Assembly (NCBI GenBank): GCA_937899865.1
Contig: CALBRH010000047.1
Location: 1 to 22,238, forward strand
Length of the DNA stretch: 22,238 bases
Reading direction: 5' to 3'
Origin: an uncultured euryarchaeote
GTDB lineage: Archaea > Thermoplasmatota > Poseidoniia > Poseidoniales > Poseidoniaceae
Each line of letters starts with the position of its first letter. Within the stretch, counting starts at the first letter, position 1. Under the pieces are notes generated by a model. That model ran no database searches. It saw nothing but the letters and a program-made list of their open reading frames with translations, and had not been told where the DNA came from. Both the position numbers and the translations under genes were made by a program. Of the stretch, positions 9,125 to 17,824 are shown in pieces.

Positions 9125-9189
9125 TCAATTTGATTTAATTTCTACTTTTCTAATTTGAATTGCAATAATTTGCACTAAAAATAGTGGGT

Positions 9190-9197
9190 TTGATATA
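9190..9197 (+). promoter_or_regulatory. Putative TATA-like box for the 9220 gene
   Basis: TTGATATA ends 22 nt before ATG 9220. Confidence 0.35.
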
Positions 9198-9219
9198 CTG
9201 CCTCAACTGACCGGTTAAC

Positions 9220-12200
9220 ATGAAGTTGTATAATAAGTCAATTTCGCTTATGATTGTGGCGCTATTTCTTGGCAGCATCGCCTTAACGATAGTTACAGAA
9301 AGTGCTAATGATGATTTATTGGTTTTACCAGATGAACCACAGGTTAGTGAAGCACCACCATCTCCTGGTCACGCAGTATTTGCCGAATATATTGGTGCTA
9401 GTTGGTGTCCTCCTTGTATGAGTAGCGCCTCACCTTCATTAAATGAATTAAAATCAGAACATCCTGAAGAGATGGTATTTATCTCTCACTATGGTTATGG
9501 CAGTCCTACAGTTTATCCTCCCGACCCACTTAACCGACGTAGCCACGTTATGGATGGCGGTTCAGGAATTCCTGTGACAAAATTTGGTGATACAAAAGCA
9601 CCTTCTACCTATCACGTAAGCGGAGGTGGGTCAACTGGAACAATGTATGATACTCAGTTTAGCACCGGCGGAAATATGCTTAATCCTAATGACTTTTCTT
9701 TGCTGGTTAGCCAATCAGAAAACGGTAATAACATGGATATTGAAATAACAGCCACATACTTTGGATCTTCATCATCAGTCAATGCATATTTGCAAGCAGT
9801 AGTTACAGAACATTATGGTGCGCAGCCATATGATAATGGAAATATACCTCACAATGTAATTAGAGATTGGTTACTTAATCCAGGCAATAATGGTTTTACT
9901 CAAATGACTCTTACTCCAAACAATCCAGTATCTACTTCGTGGAGCGTTCCAATCTCTACTGTAAGGTCAGCAACTACTGATTCTGGTGCACCGATTTCTG
10001 CTGTAGATAACTTCCTAACAGTTGCAGCATTAATGAGCGGACCTCACAACACATACAACAGCGTATATGCAGCCGCAGATGCTTCAATGGGACCTAAACT
10101 TGATCTTGCAGTTAGTAGTGTTTCCATTAGCAATCCTGCCGGTGCTAATGGCTATGTCAATGGAGACCAAATATCGCTGTCAGCAACGGCAACAAATGTT
10201 GGAGGTATTGATTACTCTGATGGAGGTAATCTAGAAATTGTATACATGGATGGTAACACTCCTGTAGTTGTTTCATCTAAGCAATTAACCAATCTTGTAG
10301 TTCAAGGTACAATGTCTCATACTGCCACTATTGACACAACTAATCTACCATCAAATGCATGGTCAACTGGATTTGGTGCAAGGCTAACCGGGCTAATTGG
10401 TGACCGCTCATCAAGTAATAGCATTCTGGTTGAAAACTTCAATCACGACAGACCACCTACTGCAAAACAAGCAACTGTTAGTGGCGACAATGTGATTGAA
10501 CGAGGTTCTATCTTTACAGTTGTAGCTAAGGGTGGAGCAGATGATTATGTAGACACAATCCAAACAATGACTTTCGAACTTGAAGTATCGCCTGCAGGAA
10601 CAAATGCTTGGGATGGAAGTATAGATTCTGGTGGAGACAACATAGTCAACGAGGGAACCTCTAATGAAGGAAGGGAGTACACCATGACTCCAAAATTATC
10701 AATGCCTGCTGGAACTTATGATTTAAGATCTCGAACAATAGATAGTCGAGGTCAAGTTAGTGATTGGAGAGTTACTCCAAATGCATTTAGTTTAGCAAAT
10801 GGTATCCCTCAAGTCACTGCAGAACCGGTTCCTACAGTAATATGTGATGTAGAGACAAATGTCGATATGACAGGGCATATTAGTGATCCTGAAACTGCAT
10901 TATATGACTTGGTTGTAGATTCTAACAGCCCTTACTTTATCTCATGGAATCCACTATCGACAACAATAACTGTGAAATTTACATTCGATGAGGTTCAAGG
11001 CTGCCCATTGGGTCAAAAGAGCATCCTCGTGACTGTTGATGATGGTGCAGACTATGGTAATGATGATAATTTACCATATGGTACACTGAAGTTTAATGTT
11101 ATTGAAAATGGCCAACCAAGGTGGCTTGGTCTTCCAACACAAACTATAGATGAACAAGGCCCTGATTCAGATGGAACACTTCGCTTACAACCTTATGTTA
11201 GCGATACAACTTCTGATGGCCAACCAAGTTCAACCAGTCTACTATCGTTTGACATAGTAGGTGAATCTAATCCAGGAATAATTTACTCACAGATTATCAA
11301 TGGTGTTCTAGGTTTCGAAACTATCGGTACAGATGCAGAAGGTCAGACTACCTTGACAATTCGAGCATGTGATGCTGACATGGAGTGCTCAGATCAAACA
11401 GTTTTGATTAATATTAATCCAATTAACGACGCTCCAGTTATTGACATGTCTCCATTTGAAGGTTTAAGAATTAAAACCGGAGAAGAATCAACTATAGATC
11501 TTGATTCCTTGGTTAGTGATGTAGATAATGCAGATAGTGAAGTCACTGTAATTGTAAGTTCTCCAGACGAAGCAGGAGGAGCGCAGTTTAATCGACAAAC
11601 AGGAATGTTAAAACTAAAATTTAACGAAGTTGGCGATAAGAATATTGTAATCAAAGTTGTAGATACTTACTCATCAAATGAATATGTTGCTACGGTTGAA
11701 GTATACGATTCTGACGAATTTACTATTGCTATGAGTCCAATTGAAGAAGGCTTTATGATAGTAGAAATGAGTAATGTGTACATCGGTCAAATGCCTTACA
11801 TCAACATGTACCTTAGTGATGATGCGCCAGTATTTTCTTCCTTAAGCGTTAGATGGCAAACCTGTAGCAATGAAGGAGTTTGTGATGGAATTTGGTTCTA
11901 TGACTTGGATATGACTCAATCTGCTTCCGGTTGGGAGGGAGTGCTTGATATTCCTAATGCCGGAGATCCAACTAAGTCTTCAAGGCCATTTGGATACGAC
12001 TATGGCGATTATTTCTACTTGATGATAGATGGTGTTGATAGCCTCAACAACAATTACAAGACACCTAGAGCTGTCGAGCCATTATACAAGTGGACTGTAA
12101 CTCAAGACATGCCATCACCATCACAAATGGACGTTCAAATGCTTGAACAACATATTGATAACTTAAATTCAAAGATTGACAATTTGAAAGAACAAATTTC

Positions 12201-12738
12201 GGCAAATCCTGATGCAGATAATTCAGAATTAGAATTAGAATTGATCGATGCAGAATTTGAATTAGAATTAGCTTGTTTAGATACAAGAGTTGTTTGTACT
12301 AAGGATGATACTTCTGGAACTAATATTGATGATAGTAATAGTGAATATAACTCAATATTGATTATAGGTATAGTAGTTGGAATAATTTTTGTTGCTCTGT
12401 TAGGTGGAATGTTCCTGTTACGTGGCAGAGAAATAGATGATGTTCATGGCTTCAAATGGGCTGATACAACACTTCCAGCACGTGATGCTGTTGCCAATTC
12501 AATGTACGGTGGTACGCAACAGATTTTCCAACAACCACTACAAAACTCACAATATGCTCCAAACTATCAACAGCCAATTCAAACACCTCAATATGCTCAA
12601 CCAGCACCACCACTAAACATACCTCCGCTACAAGCACATCGTGGACCTCCTTTGCCACCTGGTGGATTGCCAGCTGGATGGTCAATGGACCAGTGGGAGT
12701 ATTATGGCCAACAGTACCTAGACAGGTTACAAGGCTGA
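9220..12738 (+). CDS. Large membrane-anchored surface protein: thioredoxin-like CxxC/Omp28-like N-terminal domain, CARDB/Ig/cadherin-like domains, helical segment, TM helix, Gln/Pro-rich tail
   Basis: Signal peptide MKLYNKSISLMIVALFLGS...ESA. AEYIGASWCPPC, GIPVT (cis-Pro-loop-like), VVTEH...HNVIR. LDLAVSSVS and ATATNVG (CARDB-like); INPINDAPVI (cadherin-like/tandem-95). TM ILIIGIVVGIIFVALLGGMFLL followed by RGR. Tail GPPLPPGGLPAGWSMDQWEYYGQQYL. Confidence 0.8.
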   Translation: MKLYNKSISLMIVALFLGSIALTIVTESANDDLLVLPDEPQVSEAPPSPGHAVFAEYIGASWCPPCMSSASPSLNELKSEHPEEMVFISHYGYGSPTVYPPDPLNRRSHVMDGGSGIPVTKFGDTKAPSTYHVSGGGSTGTMYDTQFSTGGNMLNPNDFSLLVSQSENGNNMDIEITATYFGSSSSVNAYLQAVVTEHYGAQPYDNGNIPHNVIRDWLLNPGNNGFTQMTLTPNNPVSTSWSVPISTVRSATTDSGAPISAVDNFLTVAALMSGPHNTYNSVYAAADASMGPKLDLAVSSVSISNPAGANGYVNGDQISLSATATNVGGIDYSDGGNLEIVYMDGNTPVVVSSKQLTNLVVQGTMSHTATIDTTNLPSNAWSTGFGARLTGLIGDRSSSNSILVENFNHDRPPTAKQATVSGDNVIERGSIFTVVAKGGADDYVDTIQTMTFELEVSPAGTNAWDGSIDSGGDNIVNEGTSNEGREYTMTPKLSMPAGTYDLRSRTIDSRGQVSDWRVTPNAFSLANGIPQVTAEPVPTVICDVETNVDMTGHISDPETALYDLVVDSNSPYFISWNPLSTTITVKFTFDEVQGCPLGQKSILVTVDDGADYGNDDNLPYGTLKFNVIENGQPRWLGLPTQTIDEQGPDSDGTLRLQPYVSDTTSDGQPSSTSLLSFDIVGESNPGIIYSQIINGVLGFETIGTDAEGQTTLTIRACDADMECSDQTVLININPINDAPVIDMSPFEGLRIKTGEESTIDLDSLVSDVDNADSEVTVIVSSPDEAGGAQFNRQTGMLKLKFNEVGDKNIVIKVVDTYSSNEYVATVEVYDSDEFTIAMSPIEEGFMIVEMSNVYIGQMPYINMYLSDDAPVFSSLSVRWQTCSNEGVCDGIWFYDLDMTQSASGWEGVLDIPNAGDPTKSSRPFGYDYGDYFYLMIDGVDSLNNNYKTPRAVEPLYKWTVTQDMPSPSQMDVQMLEQHIDNLNSKIDNLKEQISANPDADNSELELELIDAEFELELACLDTRVVCTKDDTSGTNIDDSNSEYNSILIIGIVVGIIFVALLGGMFLLRGREIDDVHGFKWADTTLPARDAVANSMYGGTQQIFQQPLQNSQYAPNYQQPIQTPQYAQPAPPLNIPPLQAHRGPPLPPGGLPAGWSMDQWEYYGQQYLDRLQG

Positions 12739-12767
12739 GATTATTGTTAGGTTAATGATTCTAAACC

Positions 12768-12792
12768 CATAAAGGGGAGAAGTGTGAGGGGT
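12768..12792 (+). promoter_or_regulatory. Putative TATA-like box and purine-rich SD-like element upstream of lonB
   Basis: CATAAAG (12768-12774) ends 22 nt before GTG 12797; GAGGGGT lies just upstream of the start. Confidence 0.35.
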
Positions 12793-12796
12793 TAAT

Positions 12797-14821
12797 GTGA
12801 CCGGTGAAGATATCGACGTCGAAGATGCCTCGGACGACGAGGTTACAATATGGTCTCCTGAGCCTACAGGTAGCGATGATATTGTTACAGAAGGTGTCGA
12901 AAAATGGATTGATTCTGTTGAATTTGTATCAACTGAAGATGTACCAATTCCAGATACTTTGGTTGACCAAGTGATTGGTCAAGAAACTGGTTCAGTTGTT
13001 ATCCGTAAAGCCGCTGAACAAAGGCGTCACATGCTTATGATAGGTGACCCAGGCACAGGTAAGTCAATGTTAGCAAAGTCGATGACTGAGCTTCTTCCGA
13101 GAGATGTTTTAGAAGATGTTTTGGTTTATCCAAATGAGGATGATGAGAATGAACCAAGAGTTCGATGTGTACCAGCATCAAGAGGTGAACGAATCGTTAA
13201 ACTTCAACGCGAAGCAATAAGACAGCAAAAAGAGCGTTCACAAAAAATGTTGCTAATTGCATTTGCTGCCATCGGCTTTCTTCTAGTCATTGCCACATTA
13301 CAAACTGGTGATATAATCACATTATTGTTTGGTGGTTTCTTGTTAATGTTTGGATATATGTTCATTCGTGGCAGACTTGGAGCTTCTGATGAAAGTAGAA
13401 TTCCAAAGTTGTTAGTCAAGCATGATACTAGCGAACTTCCACCATTTGTTGACGCTACTGCGACCTTATCAGGCTCATTACTTGGAGATGTAAGACACGA
13501 TCCGTTCCAATCTGGTGGCATGGAAACACCAGCACATGATAGAGTTGAACCTGGTGCAATACACAGAGCCCACAAGGGAGTATTGTATATCGATGAAGTT
13601 AATCTACTTAGACTCGAAGAGCAGCAAGCATTGCTTACAGCTATGCAAGAGCGTGCATTTCCTATTTCAGGAAGGTCAGAGCGTTCATCTGGAGCATTAA
13701 CAAAAACTGAACCAGTGCCCTGTGATTTTATCCTAATTGCTGCTGGTAACCTTGATGCTATTCAGGGTATGCATCCAGCACTTAGAAGCAGGATTAGAGG
13801 CTATGGATATGAGGTATATGTTAATTCAGAAATGCCTGATACTTCCAGAAACCGCCGTCGTCTAATTAGATTCATAGCACAAGAAGTAATTCGTGATATT
13901 GGTACGACTAGAGAGATTCCTCACTTTGACAAATCCGCAGTAGCTTTGATACTACGTGAGGCTCAAAGACGTGCAGGAAGGAGGGGTAAACTATCTCTAC
14001 GCCTAAGAGAATTGGGTGGATTAATTCGTATTGCTGGAGATTTAGCTAGCGAAGATGGTTCAAAGTATACTACTGCTGCACATGTACTAGGTGCTAGAAA
14101 TATTGCCAAACCACTCGAACAGCAAGTTGCTGACCGTATGATTGAGCGCCGTAGAGATTATTCCCTACTGGTTAATTCAGGTGAAAGAGTTGGTAGAGTC
14201 AATGGTCTTGCAGTTCTTGGTGCCAATTCAGGACTTTCAGATTTCAGTGGAATAATGCTCCCAGTTGAAGCATTAGTCACTCCTTCACAAGGCGGTGGCG
14301 GTAAAATTCACGCAACTGGTGGTCTTTCTGACTTGGCTAAAGAAAGCGTAACAAATGTTAGTGCAGTAATCAAGAAACTTACAGGCAAGGATATTTCAGA
14401 TTATGATATTCATATCCAATTCGTAGATACTCACGGAGTTGATGGAGATTCAGCATCCATTACCATCGCTACAGCGGTGATTTCTGCCTTGGAAGAAATT
14501 CCTATTAGGCAAGATTTGGCTATGACAGGCTCTCTCTCAGTTAGAGGTGAAGTATTGCCAATTGGTGGCGTGACTGCTAAGATTGAAGCAGCAGCAATTT
14601 CAGGAATCAAAACAGTTGTTGTTCCTAGAGCAAACTTGCAAGATGTATTGATTGACGATAAGTATGCTGACAAGATAGAGGTCATTGCTGTTGATTCACT
14701 TGATGAAGTCATGGAGCATGCGCTAATCAAGCATGAGCAAAAAGCAGGACTTGTTGAGCGCTTGGGCAACGTTATTGACAGATTAACTCCAGAAGTTTCG
14801 AAGAAATCTCCTTCGGCTTGA
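12797..14821 (+). CDS. lonB: Archaeal membrane-bound ATP-dependent protease LonB
   Basis: DQVIGQE, Walker A GDPGTGKS, two TM helices inserted in the AAA+ domain, [15 protein letters not shown] (Walker B), catalytic Ser in DGDSASI and catalytic Lys in [13 protein letters not shown] start. Confidence 0.97.
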   Translation: MTGEDIDVEDASDDEVTIWSPEPTGSDDIVTEGVEKWIDSVEFVSTEDVPIPDTLVDQVIGQETGSVVIRKAAEQRRHMLMIGDPGTGKSMLAKSMTELLPRDVLEDVLVYPNEDDENEPRVRCVPASRGERIVKLQREAIRQQKERSQKMLLIAFAAIGFLLVIATLQTGDIITLLFGGFLLMFGYMFIRGRLGASDESRIPKLLVKHDTSELPPFVDATATLSGSLLGDVRHDPFQSGGMETPAHDRVEPGAIHRAHKGVLYIDEVNLLRLEEQQALLTAMQERAFPISGRSERSSGALTKTEPVPCDFILIAAGNLDAIQGMHPALRSRIRGYGYEVYVNSEMPDTSRNRRRLIRFIAQEVIRDIGTTREIPHFDKSAVALILREAQRRAGRRGKLSLRLRELGGLIRIAGDLASEDGSKYTTAAHVLGARNIAKPLEQQVADRMIERRRDYSLLVNSGERVGRVNGLAVLGANSGLSDFSGIMLPVEALVTPSQGGGGKIHATGGLSDLAKESVTNVSAVIKKLTGKDISDYDIHIQFVDTHGVDGDSASITIATAVISALEEIPIRQDLAMTGSLSVRGEVLPIGGVTAKIEAAAISGIKTVVVPRANLQDVLIDDKYADKIEVIAVDSLDEVMEHALIKHEQKAGLVERLGNVIDRLTPEVSKKSPSA

Positions 14822-14882
14822 ATCAATTTATTTGGTTTAATTATCGCGTTGACTACAAAAACGATGAGTATTAGGCCTCGAT

Positions 14883-16232
14883 ATGACTGAACATTCGTCT
14901 TCAGAACCTGCTATAATTGCGGGCAAAGGCGCATTGTTTGTACTATTCATGGTTACCATGATCGATATGATTGGTTTTGGAATAGTAATTCCTTTTTTGA
15001 CCTATCTTGTTGAAGATTTAGCAGCGGCTGAAGGTATTACAGAAGTTGGCCTATGGGTTGGATTATTAATGACCTCATACTCAGCTGCTCAGTTTTTATT
15101 CTCGCCATTTTGGGGTACTATTTCTGATCGAATTGGTCGTAGGCCAGTTCTCATGATAGGTCTAGTTGGGAATACGGTTTTTTTCGCCATGTTTGGATTA
15201 GCCAATACACTGTTAATTGCTTTGGCAGCACGATTCCTTGCAGGTGTATTTAATGGAAACCTAGCTGTTGCAAAAGCCTATATTGGCGATGTAAGCACTC
15301 CAAGTCAATTAACAACAAGAATGGGTATTATTGGTGCTGCTTTTGGTCTTGGATTCACAATTGGACCATTTATCGGAGGGGAGTTATCTAATCCAGCAGA
15401 AAGGTGGGATATTTTTGTAGATACAATCTTTGATACTTATCCATACCTACTTCCATGTATTGCAGCAGGTGCTTTGTCTCTAGTATCGCTTATTTTTGCT
15501 TATTTCAAATTACCAGAATCATTACCTAAAACAAAACGCTCAAATTTTGAAAGCGTAAGTTGGTCCTCACGAATAGGTAATTCGGTAAAACAATCTTTTT
15601 CCATGCTAAATAATGGTCCAATTTCAGTTATTATTTGGGTAAAAATGCTGTTCATTTTTGGATTCACTATTATGCATGCTGTATTCATTTTGTATACTGG
15701 GATGTCTATTGATACAGGTGGACTAGGCTATAATGAAGCACAGAATGGTCGCTTATTCGCCATCATAGGTATTGCTGGAATCATTACCCAAGGAGTCTTA
15801 ATTGGTCCATTATCCAAGCGCTTTGGTCCAGCTAAGTTGTTACCTATATCTTGTCTTTTATGTGGTTTAGGCCTTGTTCTTATTCCATATACCCAAGCTG
15901 ATTGGGCTTTTGCTTACTTATTTGCTGTAGTAATTCTTATTTCAGTTGGAAATGGTATATTCCAACCTTCCTCCTCCTCATTGCTAACTACAACTGCTAA
16001 GCAAAGCGGATTAAATCTTGGTATTGTAATGGGTGCTCAAGAATCAGTTAGTTCATTCGCTCGAATAATTGGGCCGTTAACCGGTGGAATTGTTTGGACA
16101 TTAACTGTATCAAGGAAATGGCCACTTGATTATCACACGGCTTTCCATTTATGTGGTATAATGATGCTATTATCAGCAATATTATCTCTAAAAATTAAGA
16201 CATTTCCCGATGAATATTTGGAAGAATCATAG
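14883..16232 (+). CDS. Major facilitator superfamily transporter, DHA1/TetA-like
   Basis: About 12 hydrophobic segments; DMIGFGIVIP, motif A SDRIGRRPVL, ARFLAG, AKAYIGD, GFTIGPFIGG and ARIIGPLTGG. Substrate cannot be determined from the sequence. Confidence 0.93.
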   Translation: MTEHSSSEPAIIAGKGALFVLFMVTMIDMIGFGIVIPFLTYLVEDLAAAEGITEVGLWVGLLMTSYSAAQFLFSPFWGTISDRIGRRPVLMIGLVGNTVFFAMFGLANTLLIALAARFLAGVFNGNLAVAKAYIGDVSTPSQLTTRMGIIGAAFGLGFTIGPFIGGELSNPAERWDIFVDTIFDTYPYLLPCIAAGALSLVSLIFAYFKLPESLPKTKRSNFESVSWSSRIGNSVKQSFSMLNNGPISVIIWVKMLFIFGFTIMHAVFILYTGMSIDTGGLGYNEAQNGRLFAIIGIAGIITQGVLIGPLSKRFGPAKLLPISCLLCGLGLVLIPYTQADWAFAYLFAVVILISVGNGIFQPSSSSLLTTTAKQSGLNLGIVMGAQESVSSFARIIGPLTGGIVWTLTVSRKWPLDYHTAFHLCGIMMLLSAILSLKIKTFPDEYLEES

Positions 16233-16493
16233 AACTTCTGTAAGTATTTTCTCCAGTTCAGTGTTGATCATCAAAATTAAGGTGCCAAATTCAGGCGGTA
16301 TGTTAGGGTCTTCATACAATTCTTCTAATTTTGATTGACTCATAGCGATTCTTACATCGAGCTTTTTACTCTTGTTAAGTAGCCATTGTTCACAGGCTTC
16401 TTTGGCTTGCCGTCGAATGTTTCTAGGGACTTTGGGGTCATCAATTTGATTGATAACAGTCGCCACTTGTTGTAGTCTAGTTTCCACATCCAT
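16227..16493 (-). CDS. UPF0147 family protein (small archaeal protein of unknown function, 88 aa)
   Basis: DDPKVPRNIRRQA..A...L......VR......LEE...DPNIP. Real start is the ATG at 16493 with GGAGG SD 6 nt upstream, not 16589. Confidence 0.88.
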   Translation of the reverse strand: MDVETRLQQVATVINQIDDPKVPRNIRRQAKEACEQWLLNKSKKLDVRIAMSQSKLEELYEDPNIPPEFGTLILMINTELEKILTEVL

Positions 16494-16539
16494 GGTTAAT
16501 CCTCCAATGCTGGGTAATATATCCACTGTGTAGGCCGTC

Positions 16540-16546
16540 TTTAAAT
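16540..16546 (+). promoter_or_regulatory. Putative TATA box for the flaK-like gene
   Basis: TTTAAAT ends 22 nt before ATG 16569, within a 75-nt divergent intergenic region. Confidence 0.45.
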
Positions 16547-16568
16547 TCATTGTCGACACGCGCCTAAC

Positions 16569-17564
16569 ATGGCACTGACATCTGAGCAAGTATTGGGCTG
16601 GAGCCGAGTTGGCGTTCTTCTACTTGGCATGGGCTGGGCTGCTTGGATGGATCATAAGGAACGTAGAGTCAGCAATAGTCATTGGATGATTTGGGTAAAA
16701 CCTGCGATTTTTATTTGGTGTCTTGAACTATTGGCAAGAGAAGCAGACTGGACAATATTCCTTACCGCATCTGCTGTTGTGGCCTATGCATCAGTTGCAG
16801 TAATTGGTCGGCCAACCATCAAAGATGTTCTATCTGGCAATCGTTTAGACATAATTGTCTCGATGTGGTATCTAGTCAGCATTGTTGGAGTAATTGTTGG
16901 AATGACTAAGTATGGTGATGTTGATTTATTGAATCTTTTACTTGGTGAAGAATCTGGAATGGCAGCTTTATACTGGACGACACTGTCTGGATTAGTCGTT
17001 ATTTTTGTTATTGACTTTGGCTGGAGATTACGTTTAATTCATGGTGGTGCTGATGCAAAGGCACTGATGTGGGTTGCCATCTTGGTGCCTAATTGGTCAA
17101 CTATGCCTGTTGTATTAGATTATGGTAGCGAGATCACATTACGTTTACCACCAGCAATTTCACTATTGATGTGGGGTGGCATAAGTTTCCTGCTAATTCC
17201 TATTCTCCTTATTCTCAAGAATATAACTCAAGGGAATGTAAAATCTGTTAGTGATTTACGAATGTTTTGGCATTCTACTGTCATGCCAATAGACAAGGTT
17301 CAAGATAGCCATGTTTGGTTGCTAACTTCAATGATTGAAATGCCTAATGGCGAGTTAAAGACATATCATAAAACAAGGGCGCCAAGAAGAACTCCAAGTG
17401 ATGAGCAGTTAGCTATACAAATTGAAGAATTAAAAACCAATAATGTCGAAGAAGTTTGGGTCAGTTACAAACTTCCATTACTGGTATTCTTATTCCCAGT
17501 AATTTTACCAATGGCTATATTTGGTGATATAATCGCAATAATACTACAGATTGCTGGTTTATGA
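16569..17564 (+). CDS. flaK: Class III signal (prepilin/prearchaellin) peptidase, A24 family, FlaK/PibD-like
   Basis: First catalytic Asp in AAWMDHKERRVSN, second in GGADAKAL (GxGD-type). Multiple TM segments and the archaeal C-terminal VWVSYKLPLLVFL motif. Confidence 0.85.
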   Translation: MALTSEQVLGWSRVGVLLLGMGWAAWMDHKERRVSNSHWMIWVKPAIFIWCLELLAREADWTIFLTASAVVAYASVAVIGRPTIKDVLSGNRLDIIVSMWYLVSIVGVIVGMTKYGDVDLLNLLLGEESGMAALYWTTLSGLVVIFVIDFGWRLRLIHGGADAKALMWVAILVPNWSTMPVVLDYGSEITLRLPPAISLLMWGGISFLLIPILLILKNITQGNVKSVSDLRMFWHSTVMPIDKVQDSHVWLLTSMIEMPNGELKTYHKTRAPRRTPSDEQLAIQIEELKTNNVEEVWVSYKLPLLVFLFPVILPMAIFGDIIAIILQIAGL

Positions 17565-17572
17565 TTAAGAAA

Positions 17573-17722
17573 TCATACACCTTTACGCTCGATATTTTTA
17601 GGTCTCAAGCCCTTGTAATTGCACTTTCTGCATTTTTGAGCACGCCAAGCAAGTCTTGCATTGCACTTCATACAAATCTTACGACGAAGCATTCTTGCTT
17701 CTGCCTCAGGGAAACGTGCCAT
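17573..17722 (-). CDS. rpl40e: 50S ribosomal protein L40e (49 aa; absent from the supplied ORF track)
   Basis: My minus-strand translation: [49 protein letters not shown]. CxxC-x10-CxxC zinc knuckle; GGTGG SD-like element upstream. Confidence 0.96.
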   Translation of the reverse strand: MARFPEAEARMLRRKICMKCNARLAWRAQKCRKCNYKGLRPKNIERKGV

Positions 17723-17824
17723 GTGCGTTCCACCAACTTCCCCTATTTAACCACAACCAAATCACTATGTGGTTGTAATTTATTGCATCACTACATTGAA
17801 ACGCTATTCTCATGAGGACAATAT

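Noticed and set aside
9161-9174. Inverted repeat TGCAA-TAAT-TTGCA between trmI and the 9220 gene as an operator
   Set aside because: Only 5-bp arms in AT-rich DNA, no second copy seen and no regulator nearby.
14883-16232. MFS transporter as a tetracycline-resistance gene
   Set aside because: DHA1-like motifs are generic, with no tetR or mobile context; substrate cannot be inferred.
16494-16589. N-terminal extension of the UPF0147 ORF containing CQCH
   Set aside because: It overlaps the start and promoter of the divergent peptidase gene, and a strong SD supports the ATG at 16493.
17561-17815. 84-aa plus-strand ORF
   Set aside because: Overlaps rpl40e on the opposite strand, which is a clear conserved gene.
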